A stretch of DNA of 64,000 nucleotides from Tubiluchus corallicola (GCA_030141605.1 JAQGDQ010000815.1:1-64000); one strand, 5' to 3'; counted from the first letter of the stretch, positions 52,101-62,281 are shown. The notes: generated by a model from the letters alone, not told the origin. Program-made: numbers and translations.

Positions 52101-55100
52101 TAGCCCATAGATTTGGACATATGACTGCAAGTAGTACAATTACACACTTGCATTGTTTTCTTAACTCGCCCCTAGATGGCAGTCAAGTACGACTGCAAGT
52201 AGTGCAGTTATACACTTGTATTGTTTGTTTAACTCGCCCCTAGATGGCAGTCAAGTACGACTGCAAGTAGTGCAGTTATACACTTGTATTGTTTGTTTGT
52301 TTAACTCGCCCCTAGATGGCAGTCAAGTACGACTACAAATAGTGCAGTTATACACTTGTATTGTTTGTTTAGCTCGCCCCTAGATGGCAGTCAAGTACGA
52401 CTGCAAGTAGTGCAGTTACACACTTGCGTTGTTTTTTTAACTCGCCCCTAGATGGCAGACAATAATTGCTCAGTCACCAAAGCAACACCAACTTTAGCAA
52501 TGCCCATTCCGGCAGCGTGAAGTTAGAAGCTACAGCAGGCCAATGAACATAGCAGCTGCGTGTCACAATCACCATGGCAACGTGTTGTTTCAGCTAAGCT
52601 GTGGCTTGTTGCTGCGTGAAATTTTACACAATTTTTTTACAAATATCATTAGCACACAGCATTTGCTTGAACAACGTATTCAGTTGGATATTTCATTAGC
52701 TATTTGAAGATGCTGGCTGCTGTTTTTGTTTAGTTAGGCAAATAACTTAACCGTTTGAGAAAAATCTGCCGGTACCCATGAAAAACGCTTCATTTGCTGA
52801 ACAAAACAGCATAAAACACTTTATGTATTTACTGAAAACGCACAAAACCCAAAAATGATCTTGACACAAAAATGTGGTCATTACTGTGAAAGTCATGTTT
52901 GAAGTTGTAGATCACTCACTTGTAGAACAAGAATAAAAAATCTATAATACATATGTGCACTGCACAAAACAGAAAAGTGTTTATTAAACTAAAGACACAT
53001 GAGTAGCATGTCTGCTGTACTGAACACTGAGAATGAGAGAGTCCTGCACTGAACACTGAGAGTTAGAGAGACTAGAAAGTAAAACCAGTCAGTATATATA
53101 GGTATAGGTGTCCTATGCAGACTTGCACAGGCTTCACAACAACCATTACTTTAAAATAGGGAGAGAACCAGTGAATATGCATTCACTGGACTATACAATT
53201 ATACTGGGGGTAAGTAGCTGGTAGAATGTAACAGGATTAGTTCATAGATGGCAGCACAAAATTAAAAATGTCAATTACAACTTCCACAATTACGAAGCTG
53301 AAAAACCCCTCTTAATAGATCCATTGGTTGGTTTTACCTGCAAAGATTCATTGTAACAAAAATTAAGGAATATTTGTGTAAAAAGTGAAATTTATCGATG
53401 ACCAGTAAGTTAATCAGGCACAACAATGAAACTTGTAATTGCATTATTCGCATTAGCTCGAAACTCAGTAAATTTTGGACTTAAATGTATTGGACATTTT
53501 TCAGATGTCTGATCTTGGTGGCGGAATACCTCGGAGTCAGATCGACATGCTGTTTCAGTACATGTATTCAACCGCACCGCGACCTCTACCGGGCAATTCC
53601 GACGTCACCGTACCGCTGGCTGGATACGGATACGGCCTACCTCTGTCCAGGCTGTACGCTCGCTACTTTCAGGGCGACCTGCAGATTTACTCCGTCGAAG
53701 GATACGGCACCGATGCCATGGTTTATCTCAAGGTAACTTTATTGTCTGAACGAATCAAACTTTTCTATCGTTGGCCCAAATGGTTTGTAGTGACGGGCGA
53801 TTTTCAAATTTTCTCATTCAGTTACAAATCTTGTTCTTGTAATTTGAAATCCCGATTAAACTTTTGCGGTAATTTTCTAGTGTTTTAGCCATATTTTCCC
53901 AAACATTGCAGCACTGAAATATAGCCAGGCCACTTTATTTAGGTTATTTGACCTAAATAGCCTAAATAGCTTATTTAGGTTGTTTTTCAGATTTTATTTA
54001 GGTCATTTTAGGTTTTTGTTAAATTAGTGCTGAATTCGATGCCAAAAAGTCAGATTTTTAGGCTGTTATAGTGATATTCATTTATTTTGTTCTTTCATTT
54101 CAACACAGTGAATAAATTGTACCAAATTATTCCTTATCACTATCAGTTATCACATTTTCATCAGTTCAAAAAAACTGTTTTGCTTGGAGGCACCCCCCCC
54201 CCTCCAGGCTGAAGTCTGTCATGCTCTGCTTGTAGCAATCTTTGATTTCCCCAACAATGCTAAAGTCAGCCTCTACAGTAGCAGTTGACAGAGAGAGAGT
54301 TGCATGTCCTCCAGAAAATTCCATCAAGGAAGAGTAGCGATCGAAGTTCTTCCAAGCTTTCTTTAATTAAAACAGCTAACCGTGTCCTAAAATTTCACCC
54401 TAACTTTATTAAGTTTCATAGTTTCCTTCCCAATGAAATCCAAGCTCGAAGTTTGCATAACGAGTAAAACGTTCGAAATCGCGTTCCATACTTTCTTTGG
54501 AAATGTCGCCTTCACATGCGATTTCATCTTATATAAAGTGCCGTGAAAAAGTTAAAAGTATTAGAAAATTAGAGACTGTCTTTCTGTTTTCATGTAAAAC
54601 TGAAATTTGATGAAGTGTGCCATTTTTAACGTTTAAAGTTCAAATAAAAACGTGTCGAAATGCAACATATTGTGCGTACGAGCGAAATAGTCATTTAACT
54701 ATTAAGTACTATAAGCCAGCACAAAACTTTAGATTGCATATTACTCTTGTCAAATGCAAAAGTGAGTTTTGCCTATTTAAAACGGAACAAGTTTAGTTTC
54801 TAACAAGTAAAAGACCTCACTTATTGCCTGTGAACCTTGTTTGATGTTTTTGATATTCTGTGCTAATAACATTTTTGCCGAAGTAAAGCCCCTTCTTTGC
54901 TTTAGGCACTTGAAAGTGAAGCGAACGAGCTAATCCCGGTCTTCAACAAAACGTCGCTGAAGCAATACCGTCAAGGCATCGCGACGCCCGACTGGACGAC
55001 GTCCACCAGCTCCTTCGCCAGTAAATCCTTTAGCGTTGTGGGCGCACGATGTATGCAGGCGTACGCACGAAACGTGCAGTCTGTCGGCCAGGTGGGGAGC

Positions 55101-55103
55101 TAG
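15289..55103 (+). CDS. PDK: Pyruvate dehydrogenase kinase, mitochondrial, 11 coding exons, 425 aa
   Basis: Exons 15289-15400, 33607-33745, 41317-41388, 43451-43514, 44571-44691, 46127-46213, 47596-47673, 49815-49894, 51549-51647, 53505-53732, 54906-55103 join in frame (1278 nt), all GT-AG. Motifs: [45 protein letters not shown]-box ELFKNAMRA, G1 SDLGGG, G2 [19 protein letters not shown]-terminal DW. Confidence 0.95.
17421..17626 (-). mobile_element. 5S rRNA/RTE-LINE chimeric retroposon (SINE3-like)
   Basis: 5S head followed on the same strand by an RTE C-terminus ([12 protein letters not shown]), the RTE-type 3' end CCATTGTCTTCCGAGACAGAAGGATGCCAA and a CAATA-type tail. Confidence 0.7.
17546..17626 (-). 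pseudogene. 5S rRNA-derived sequence (5' ~80 nt, 3'-truncated)
   Basis: Minus strand reads CTACGGCCAAATCACGTTGAAAACACCGGTTCTCGTCTGATCACCGAAGTTAAGCAACGTAGAGCCTGGTTAGTACTTGGA, recognisable as invertebrate 5S rRNA; homology ends in the C-box. Confidence 0.85.
20261..20674 (+). mobile_element. Internally deleted (bipartite) RTE-clade non-LTR retroelement
   Basis: RTE-type 5' UTR (GTCCCAAGCCCGGATAAATAGGGAGGG...GGAAGGGCATCCG), ORF remnants EMRMLRW and [14 protein letters not shown]; 17-bp TSD GTTTAG(C/A)ATTTATCGCC at 20244 and 20675. Confidence 0.8.
22253..22735 (+). mobile_element. Dispersed repeat, family C
   Basis: Homologous to 9150-9600. Confidence 0.7.
24513..24962 (+). mobile_element. Solo LTR with duplicated 3' end
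   Basis: TGTTGTG...CACAACA termini (first end 24869; duplicated end CACAGCA at 24962); TATATAA at 24636; AATAAA near 24796; candidate 5-bp TSD GTACG/GTACT. Confidence 0.7.
25252..25644 (+). mobile_element. hAT MITE, family E (TTCGAA-rich)
   Basis: TIR TAGGGGTGAGCAT; homologous to 47092-47419 and 57308-57686. Confidence 0.8.
25881..26334 (+). mobile_element. piggyBac-like MITE
   Basis: TTAA|CCCTTTCA...TGAAAGGG|TTAA. Confidence 0.85.
26824..27428. mobile_element. Foldback-like element with inverted arrays of ~21-bp subrepeats
   Basis: Termini TATAGGTTTTACATGTCAAATG / CATTTGACGTGTAAAACCTATA; left arm repeats TCAAATGT, right arm repeats ACATTTGA. Confidence 0.75.
28568..29210. repeat. ~91-92-bp pyrimidine-rich minisatellite, about 7 copies
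   Basis: ATCATGTCTA recurs at 28621, 28713, 28804 and onward. Confidence 0.92.
30032..30694 (+). mobile_element. Kolobok-like element, family B
   Basis: TTAA|GGGACAAGAAA...TTTCTTGTCCT. Confidence 0.75.
32387..32771. repeat. Compound inverted repeat around TA-rich simple repeats
   Basis: ~32387-32495 is inverted at ~32660-32771, with a partial inverted copy at ~32570-32628. Confidence 0.85.
33607..33745 (+). CDS. PDK: PDK exon 2 ([23 protein letters not shown]...VRSW)
   Basis: ttctag acceptor; TG|GTACG donor. Confidence 0.93.
34111..34792 (+). mobile_element. Kolobok-like element, family B
   Basis: TTAA on both sides; purine-purine 5' terminus, short imperfect TIRs. Confidence 0.8.
35353..35752 (+). 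mobile_element. GC-rich hAT MITE
   Basis: TIR CAGGGCCTATTTCA; perfect TSD AGCAGATG. Confidence 0.88.
36503..37175 (+). mobile_element. Kolobok-like element, family B (in second duplication unit)
   Basis: TTAA on both sides. Confidence 0.8.
37736..38135 (+). mobile_element. GC-rich hAT MITE (duplicated copy)
   Basis: Same TSD AGCAGATG, so it was copied by the tandem duplication. Confidence 0.88.
38583..39071 (-). mobile_element. Kolobok-like element, family B, truncated inverted copy
   Basis: Reverse complement of family B; further fragments near 14510-14690, 32260-32330, 36220-36372, 51710-51900. Confidence 0.7.
40009..40634 (+). mobile_element. hAT-like element whose right end is repeated about 4x (60-bp unit, ~40413-40634)
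   Basis: TAGTGACGTAGC left end; repeated GCTACGCCCC.G right ends; TSD unclear. Confidence 0.55.
40770..40840 (-). mobile_element. Degenerate tRNA-derived SINE head
   Basis: Minus-strand B-box-like GTCCCAGGTTCAAATCC; no intact cloverleaf. Confidence 0.35.
41317..41388 (+). CDS. PDK: PDK exon 3 ([11 protein letters not shown]...)
   Basis: ttccag acceptor; AG|GTAAGC donor. Confidence 0.9.
42015..42525. mobile_element. pogo/Tigger-like MITE
   Basis: TA|CAGTA...TACTG|TA with imperfect TIRs (CCGCATAACTCAAAT / ATTTGAGTTACGCGG). Confidence 0.7.
42726..43019. mobile_element. hAT (Buster/Charlie-type) MITE
   Basis: TIR CAGTGGTTCCCAAA; perfect TSD CATTAACC. Confidence 0.9.
43451..43514 (+). CDS. PDK: PDK exon 4 ([21 protein letters not shown])
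   Basis: tgcag acceptor; CAG|GTACAG donor. Confidence 0.92.
43607..44348 (+). mobile_element. Deleted hAT transposon retaining a decayed TTF-type zinc-finger coding remnant
   Basis: Termini CAGTGG.../...CGCCAATG; TSD CCTAAATA/CTTAAATA; frameshifted [14 protein letters not shown]....[12 protein letters not shown]...WTK at ~44125-44245. Confidence 0.75.
44571..44691 (+). CDS. PDK: PDK exon 5 (GVLEF...[19 protein letters not shown])
   Basis: tttcag acceptor; A|GTAAGT donor. Confidence 0.93.
45493..45787. mobile_element. hAT-like MITE
   Basis: TIR CAGGGGCG(C/T)ATCA; TSD AACGAACG/AATGAACG. Confidence 0.75.
46127..46213 (+). CDS. PDK: PDK exon 6 (LLFG...[11 protein letters not shown])
   Basis: tttcag acceptor; G|GTAAGG donor. 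Confidence 0.92.
47092..47419 (+). mobile_element. hAT MITE, family E
   Basis: TSD ATTGACAC/ACTGACAC. Confidence 0.85.
47596..47673 (+). CDS. PDK: PDK exon 7 ([20 protein letters not shown]...)
   Basis: ttcag acceptor; G|GTGAGT donor. Confidence 0.92.
47992..48609. repeat. 25-bp minisatellite, about 25 copies
   Basis: Unit AGTTACTCAGTAACTGGCTTCACAT. Confidence 0.95.
49263..49742 (+). mobile_element. hAT MITE, family A copy 3
   Basis: Same TIRs and body; TSD GTCTATAA/TTCTATAA. Confidence 0.9.
49815..49894 (+). CDS. PDK: PDK exon 8 (...[15 protein letters not shown])
   Basis: ttctag acceptor (an in-frame alternative AG lies 9 nt downstream); AAG|GTATGA donor. Confidence 0.9.
50126..50271. 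repeat. Near-perfect hairpin, 68-bp arms, 10-nt loop
   Basis: 50126-50193 pairs with 50204-50271, one mismatch. Confidence 0.92.
50430..51455. repeat. 55-bp minisatellite, about 18 copies
   Basis: Unit AATATGTTCATAGCATTTCCTTTCCCCTTGTTTGTCCAACATACGTGTGTTTTCC. Confidence 0.95.
51549..51647 (+). CDS. PDK: PDK exon 9 ([10 protein letters not shown]...EDLTIK)
   Basis: tttag acceptor; AAG|GTAACT donor. Confidence 0.93.
52123..52458. repeat. 68-72-bp tandem repeat, 5 copies, each with a CTCF-like motif
   Basis: CTCGCCCCTAGATGGCAG at 52165, 52233, 52305, 52373, 52441. Confidence 0.92.
53505..53732 (+). CDS. PDK: PDK exon 10 (MSDLGGGIP...GTDAMVYLK)
   Basis: tttcag acceptor; AAG|GTAACT donor; ATP-binding G boxes. 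Confidence 0.95.
54906..55103 (+). CDS. PDK: PDK exon 11 ([15 protein letters not shown]...PDW...GS*)
   Basis: tttag acceptor; TAG at 55101-55103. Confidence 0.88.
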   Translation, partial: ALESEANELIPVFNKTSLKQYRQGIATPDWTTSTSSFASKSFSVVGARCMQAYARNVQSVGQVGS

Positions 55104-55429
55104 TCAAGAAGTGTTATGAGATGTTGTTATTTGTTAACTTGTCTGTTTGGAATATGTACAATGAGGGCCTGGGATGTGATGCAAGAGTCTGTCTTCTGTA
55201 GCGAAACAACGTTTTCCATCATCATTCAGATGAAGTGTTACGACAATACAAAAAATGGTCTTTTACTAACCTCAGTTTTTAGCACATTCTAGCTATCTGT
55301 ATCAAAAGCCCACAGAATGTTACATGTCACGTTACACATTTCAAGGCCACTTGCTAAAGGTCAGTACATCACAAAAAAGCAAGAAAAGACGACGAATTCA
55401 TTTGCATTTTTTCTGCAGCACTTGCATAA

Positions 55430-55635
55430 CGGCGCGTTCACACTAGAGAGGTTTCTATCGTGAGTTCCTCTCTGAGAGTAAACTCACAAGTGTGAACGGC
55501 TTTGCTAGAACTATCACGAGTTTTGTTGACTGTCAGCTCGTGGTTACTCTCGGCGACTTTGCAAAAATTCGCAACGCCTCTTCCACACTCGGAAGTTTAC
55601 TCTCAGGGAGAAAACTTGTTAGTGTGAACTCGCCA
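55430..55635. mobile_element. PIF/Harbinger-like MITE downstream of the PDK stop codon
   Basis: TIR GGCG(C/A)GTTCACACTA; TAA flanks. Confidence 0.7.
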
Positions 55636-57307
55636 TAAGGTTTGAAACCCGTAATACTGTACTAAACGTATAATAGTCGTAACTGCAGTAGTAAAACAGA
55701 ACTAGGTCTAGTTAATCACAAGACTTATGTAACATAAACAAAGGCTACCTATTGTTAGAAGTGATTTCGCAGTTGTTATACCAGCTAACGTTGCGTTATT
55801 AATTGCTTAAGTTTGCATCGCCTTTACTGTTTTGCTAGTTTGTCTGTTCTTCGATACATTTACCTATGGCAGCTGTTTGTGCTTTTATAATTTATGCGTC
55901 TGGACGAAAACATATCAAAAGGAGATGATTCAGGCCCGAGAATCCGCGAATTTTCTTCTTTTTTTTTTGGCGAGTCCGATTCTTGGATACAGATTAAGGA
56001 TCTAAATGATGACCAGCGCAACCCCCCTGGGGAATTGTGGTATTCAGGATAAATGCATATTTGTGTTTTCTAGAGTAAACGGTTATTAATGAAAAGTATC
56101 CAAAAGTTCCGACTTGTCATGTTTGCGACATCATATGTATGTAGCTTGAAACGTTGAAAACACATTTACCTATAGCTTTAGGTACATCATGCTTCTATTA
56201 GTCAGCAACATACTTATGTGTTCTAAAGTGCATGAGTATCAATGAAAAGTGTGGTCAAAGCTTTTGGTTGTTGATGTCGTATGTAGTTATTATGACGGCA
56301 TATATGTATATTGCCGTCATACTTATATATATATCATTTTTATTCGTACCCTTTTAGTGGTACAATCACATCAAGTAAACAAACAGATCAACAAGCAAAA
56401 TAACATTAATTAACAAGATTAGTAAGCAATGTGAATATGTACAATTAAGTGAGAGTAAGATATGTTAGTATGGCGTACAACTGATTCCTGTCAAAAAAAT
56501 CAAAACAATTACGTTCTAGTGCCCATATAAGTTCTTTAATGAAATTTACAGTCCGTATTTGTTCATTGCTGGCATTACTTCTTACATCTAATGTACAAGA
56601 AAAAACTTTAGAAAAAAAAATTTCATTTGTGTAAAAAGTTTACACAATGTCCAAAGGGCGTGAAAACTGTTGTATAGTATACGTACATGTTTGTATGAGC
56701 TGATAATACAATTACATGCTCAAAAGTGAAAGGTTATGAGTGAAGACTGTGTTTTTTTTTAAATTCTTGCAGCCATGTTGGCTGCCATCTTGAATATCTC
56801 AAATTCCCCAAGATGTCGCATTGGTCATGATTCTGATCCTTAATCAGCTGGTTATCGGGACTCAGAATCTGCAAAAACCATCCTGCGGACCCCCCACCCC
56901 GGCAAGAACTCACCCCGGTACTAGTTGTAGTGAAAATTTTGTAGTAGCACAAAAGAGTGCTGAAGAATTTGCTAACTGTTATTAAGTTTGCACGAAGCCA
57001 TGTGCTTAAGGATGGATGCTGCGAACTTATCTTTATAAATTATGCTGTTATCTCTTGCTCGCTACTTGTGCCCCCTGGTGGATGAACTTTTTATTTATTA
57101 CATATCTGTAATATGTATTAGAGGTTTTTCTTAGCTCAGCTGCTTGCGAGAGTAAGGATCTCTTCATTCGCTGAACCTTCAAGAAGCCAATTTAGGTTTT
57201 TATGATTTTTTTTGCATAAACAAGTGACTTTGAACGAAACAGTACAACACTATTTTTGCTAGTGTAGCTTCCTTAGATGAACTGTCTCGTTGAAACTTAC
57301 TTGTGAT

Positions 57308-57686
57308 TAGGGGTGAGCATCGAACGTTCGAGTTCGATTCGAATGAGATTTTTAGTTCAAATTCGATTCGAACTTAAAACTATAAATTTAAATACTTCAC
57401 CACTTCAATCAGGTACGTTCTTTACCATTAAAATGTTTGAAACATCTTGCAATTAGTACAATTTAGTTGTGATTTCTCTACACAATTTTAAACAAACTAA
57501 TAGTGGTTTTACTGCAGATTAAAATCAAGCATGTACTATGCATCATCTTTGTAAGACTAATTTTTACTGGTGGTTCGAAAACTTGTTCGAAAATCTTTCA
57601 ATCTCAATTCAAATTTGATTCGAATTCGAAAGTCACAAATTCGATTCAACTCTAATTCGCTTTCTGGTAGAGAATGATCACCCCTT
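57308..57686 (-). mobile_element. hAT MITE, family E (inverted)
   Basis: Perfect TSD CTTGTGAT. Confidence 0.85.
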
Positions 57687-58879
57687 CTTGTGATGCAGAT
57701 TTCATTTGAACTTTGAAGATTCCATGTGTAGAAAGTAACTATAAACATGCTATTGAGTATAGACAGAAATATTTTCAATATTCGGGAGAATTCCTGGAGT
57801 TCACGAAGGATGGTCCTTGGCATTGTTCTTCGATAGGTAGGCATTGATGCTATCATTTTTGGTGGCATTTGCAAGAGCTTTTTAGGCATATCTGAAATGC
57901 GTTTAGGTGCTATTAACATGATGTAACTGTTAGATGATAGATGTACTGTATTTTGGTACTCGTCTTTATAATAGTGTTTTATGGACAACAATGTCGCTGC
58001 GAAATCTACTTGCATTAATTGCTTCTGCTTTTTCTACCTGCTGATGTACAATTATATGTTTGTAAATATGTAACTATTGCCTTTGTATAATCTTTTATTT
58101 GCAGTATATTACTTGTAGTAAGTATGCATTATAGGTCTATGAAGCCAGCAGCCTTACAGTGAAGCCAAATAATGAATGTTAGCAATTATGCTTTTTTGTA
58201 AGAGTGTTCTTAACGTCTCAACTTATATCATTCTTGTAACTAGTGACAAGTTTTTCAAAGAATTTTACTTAGGTAAGTTTCAATGGCTAGTTTTGGTTTT
58301 ACTGATATACCATAAATCTTTTTGTACGTTATCCCACAAAGTTAATTCAAAGATTTGTTCATCCATATTGGTTCAGTTGGCTGTCTTGGAAAAATTGTAA
58401 CTACTTTGAGAAATTCATAAAATAAACGTTATTTGATGTTAGAAAATGATAATAAAATACCATTTTCATGTTGACAAAAAGTTCTTTTGTTGGTATTTTT
58501 CCTGTGTTGTCTTTAAAACACATTAAAGTTTCACAAAGCCTGTTATTACGTGACTGGAAAACGTTTGCAATCTGAAAGAAAGAACTCTTACTGTAATTGT
58601 AATTTTGTCTCTTAAGCACAGTAATGTGTGTAAAACCAGGAACCAAAAAGACTACATTAGTGCAGAGGTATTTGTCGTATATTGGAATTGTGCAAAGAAT
58701 AATTCGAAATTAATATCATATCTTACCTTTCAAAATCTGGTTGTACATCCTGTTATTAATTTTATAAAATTAACACTTCTCACCGTAAAGGACTCCTAGA
58801 AGTACGAACCAATCGAAATTTAATTCTGTTTAACTGTTAACGCATTATAGTAAAGATAATGTTGCCTTACTGTTACTGT

Positions 58880-59745
58880 ATAAGTTATTAGTGAGAAGTT
58901 TATTAAAGTATGGGCATGTTGTGACTTACCCTCGTTATGTCAAGGATTATCAATTGCTTGAAGCTGTTCCGAGGGAAGCCACAAGAATGATTCCTGGACT
59001 AAAAGAATTGGACTGTGAAGATCACTTGGCAGCCATTAAATTATGTTATAGAAGAGCAAGAGGTGATAATTTTATGATAGAATGCTGCAAGTTGATCCTG
59101 TGTGCGGTATAACTTTCTGTTATGTATTAATGCGTCAGAACGCATTGTAAATAAAGTAGTTCGGTAACACGCATAATGGTGTACTATATTTTGTTATTTC
59201 TACTAGATTAATGCGTCAGAACGCATTGTAAATAAAGTAGTTCGGTAACACGCATAATGGTGTACTATATTTTGTTATTTCTACTAGATTAATGCGTCAG
59301 AACGCATTGTAAATAAAGTAGTTCGGTAACACGCATAATGGTGTACTATATTTCGTTATTTCTACTAGATAGAAATCCAGGTACATCAACATGAAACACA
59401 TTCCACAACGCTTTGAGGTTGATGGCATGAGTAGGACTAGACGACATAGCAAGAAATGGAAGAAACCATACTGTAGGACATCTGTTAGGCAACATTGTTT
59501 CTCATTAAGGATTCCTAATTTGTGGAATTCATTGTCAGATTCTGTTGTCGCTGCCCCATCACTTAATACATTCAAGGTTAGGGTGGATCAGTATTGGAGA
59601 AGATTTTGGTATGAAAATTGGCCAATATCCTCCCGCCAGATGCGTACAGGATGTTACGATTTTATCAATAGTAGAAATGTCGAAAACGTTGCACAGGTCT
59701 AAGATCTTAATCAACGCATCATTAAAGAAAAGTATGTAAGCTAAG
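58880..59745 (+). mobile_element. Degenerate CR1-type LINE 3' end interrupted by a 3x81-bp tandem repeat
   Basis: Decayed ORF2 motifs LEAVPREATRMIPGLKEL, YRRARGD, TRRHSKK, NLWNSLSDSVVAAPSLNTFK. Confidence 0.8.
59126..59370. repeat. 81-bp tandem repeat x3
   Basis: Units start at 59126, 59207, 59288. Confidence 0.93.
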
Positions 59746-59799
59746 TTAATGTTGTATCCGCTCTAAACGTGCCGGACTTCGCGGGCGGTTTTGATTAAA

Positions 59800-59998
59800 A
59801 CTTCTGCTCATAGATGGCAGACGGTGTATTGTTGTCAGGCTGCTTAGTTACCACGACCGCAACGGTTACCAAGTGTAAACAAAACAAAAAACGCACAATG
59901 CGTAAACAAACTATGTTGCGTATTTTACTGTACGATCGTTTTGTTTACTCGCTTAGTTAACTTTTTGTGGACTTGTGCTATCTGTCTATTCTTCCATC
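59800..59998 (+). promoter_or_regulatory. Putative ciliary-gene promoter of PACRG
   Basis: Forkhead motifs GTAAACAAA at 59875 and 59902 and TTTGTTTAC at 59940; X-box-like half sites GTTACC at 59847 and 59865. Confidence 0.5.
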
Positions 59999-60694
59999 AT
60001 GCCAACCTCATCGCCCACCACGTGGACTAAAGAGCTCCATGATCAACATACTGGTAGTTCACCAAAGATTAAAAGTGGTTCACCTCCAAAGGCAGGTGCA
60101 TTTAGAGAGAGGCCATTGACCAAGAACTCTACGTTTAAGAAATTTTACGAAAGAGGAGACTTTCCTATTGCTCTCGAGCACGACACAAAGGGAAATAAGA
60201 TTGCTTGGAAACTTGAAATAGAAAAGCTTGATTTTCATCACTATCTTCCTCTGTTTTTCGATGGCCTGTGTGAGAGTACTCATCCGTGTGAGTTTTTCGC
60301 TCGGCGAGGAGTTCACGACATGTTGGAACACGGCGGTTCCAAAATTCTTCCAGTTGTACCTCAGTTAATCATACCGATCAAAAATGCACTGAACACGAGA
60401 AATCTGACAGTTGTCTGCACGACCCTCAAGGTAATCCAACACTTAGTGGTTTCTGGCGAGATGATTGGTCAGGCACTGGTTCCGTATTACCGACAGATTC
60501 TGCCCATCTTAAACCTCTTCAAGAATAAGAATATAAACTCAGGAGACAAGATATACTACGGACAGCAGAAACGGGAAAATGTTGGTGATTTAATTGAGGA
60601 AACTTTGGAAGTTCTGGAGCGTTACGGAGGAGAGGATGCATTCATTAACATCAAGTATATGATACCAACTTATGAATCTTGCATACAGAACTGA
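59999..60694 (+). CDS. PACRG: Parkin coregulated gene protein (axonemal inner-junction protein), single coding exon, 231 aa
   Basis: Uninterrupted ORF with PACRG motifs [78 protein letters not shown]. First ATG is at 59999 (the ORF-track start 59975 is GTG). Confidence 0.96.
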   Translation: MPTSSPTTWTKELHDQHTGSSPKIKSGSPPKAGAFRERPLTKNSTFKKFYERGDFPIALEHDTKGNKIAWKLEIEKLDFHHYLPLFFDGLCESTHPCEFFARRGVHDMLEHGGSKILPVVPQLIIPIKNALNTRNLTVVCTTLKVIQHLVVSGEMIGQALVPYYRQILPILNLFKNKNINSGDKIYYGQQKRENVGDLIEETLEVLERYGGEDAFINIKYMIPTYESCIQN

Positions 60695-61278
60695 GATAAA
60701 GGGACAGCGAGCCAAAAGGAAGGATGTGCCAACTTTCACAATAGCTCACCAGTCTAGAATTTTTAATAAAGCAAAATGCCATGTTGACATATTGAATTTT
60801 ACTATATTTAAAGATAGCAAAGTTAGCCATAAAACTTATTTAAATTCAACCTGATTAAAAGTTATTGCAAAATGTTATGTGCAAAATTATTCAAGAAAAA
60901 ATTTAGCGTGTATCAAATTGATTTAACTGTACCTGTTATGCTGAGCATCGGATGTAGATTTAGTGAATTAGTGCACGCATATTTTTAGCTATTTAATTGC
61001 TGCTATATTTTCATTTATCTAGTTATTCACTAACATCTGTATTGCAAAAATATACCCAGCATAATAAGTACATATGAATTTATATGTATTATATTCTTAT
61101 ATTTTGGTTTACTTAGGAAAATATTTTCATTAAAAGACACACATGAAATTGTCGAATTGCTACAAGATTTAATATGCAGAGGTAAGTATTATGATTTGGC
61201 TTGTCAAGTATAATGTGAAAACCCAAGTCAGAATATGGCTCTACAAAGTTATATATATATATATAGTGGAGATATGTA

Positions 61279-61780
61279 CAGTCAACCTCGGATATAAGGG
61301 ACACCTCTGGATCGGAAAAAACTGTCCCTTATATCCGATGCCCCTTATAGCCGAAGTTGAGTCAGAGCAAGAGTGTGTCTAGACCTGTACTTTTCTGCAC
61401 TTTTACCCATATTTTTATGGATTATTGTTACACATTCAGTACAAACGGTATGTAGTAAGCTCCTTCAGTGATGCGAGATGTATGTGACCGCGGAAACCGA
61501 GCTGTTCGAAGGTGGAGTTTGCGAAAAATTCAGACTGAAAATCGATCAATTTCGCATTGATCATAGGGTCCCTTATATGTGAGGTAATTTACCCGAGTTT
61601 CTATTACGTGGGACCTGTGAAGATATCTTCCTTTATAACCGAAAGTCCCTTATATCCGAATCCATTCTATACGAAGATTTTTACATAGGAAAAATGTTAC
61701 GAAAAATCGGGACCGGTGTTAGTGGTCCCTTATAAGCGAACGTCCCTTATCAGCGAGTACCTTACACCCGAGGTTTACTG
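61279..61780. mobile_element. pogo/Tigger-like MITE
   Basis: TA|CAGTCAACCTCGG...CCGAGGTTTACTG|TA; internal CCCTTATA subrepeats. Confidence 0.82.
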
Positions 61781-62281
61781 TATGCTGTATCAACGACCTA
61801 AAATCATTTTGTGCAATATCGGTTGGTTTTGAAAAAAATTTACCGAAGTTTAGACTACAATAATATTAGAAGTGCCTTAAGAAGTTGGAATTTAACAGCA
61901 TGATATTGAGTGTGTTGGGTTTTGGCTGCGAAGGTTACAAGTGTATAGTTTAGTAGCTTTGAAGTTATGCATGTTAGAAATTTAAACGCCAGAACAATAT
62001 CAACTATGATCAACAACAGCCACATTGATGTGTAAAGCACTAAATACAAGGCAGAAGAATAATAAAGAAATCAACAACAACCAGTTTTCATTGTGGTCTT
62101 CACCGCAGAAAGTGAAGCACTGATTAAAATTTATTGTCAAGCAAAAAAGGGATTCAATTATCTGGTCCATGGCTTCCGGAATTCCCTTAAAGAGAACGTT
62201 TACGAAAGTCCCACAGAGCCGTTTGATGCAGAGGAAGTAATGGCAAAAATTGCTGAGTGTTGGGTTCGGCCAAATAAACCT

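Noticed and set aside
47992-52458. CRISPR-like appearance of the 25-, 55- and 68-bp arrays
   Set aside because: Units are head-to-tail with no unique spacers, there are no cas genes, and the context is a eukaryotic intron.
58891-59702. 73-aa and 103-aa ORFs as host genes or upstream PACRG exons
   Set aside because: They are decayed CR1 ORF2 fragments.
59975-59998. Extended PACRG N-terminus from the ORF track
   Set aside because: It starts at GTG; the first ATG is at 59999.
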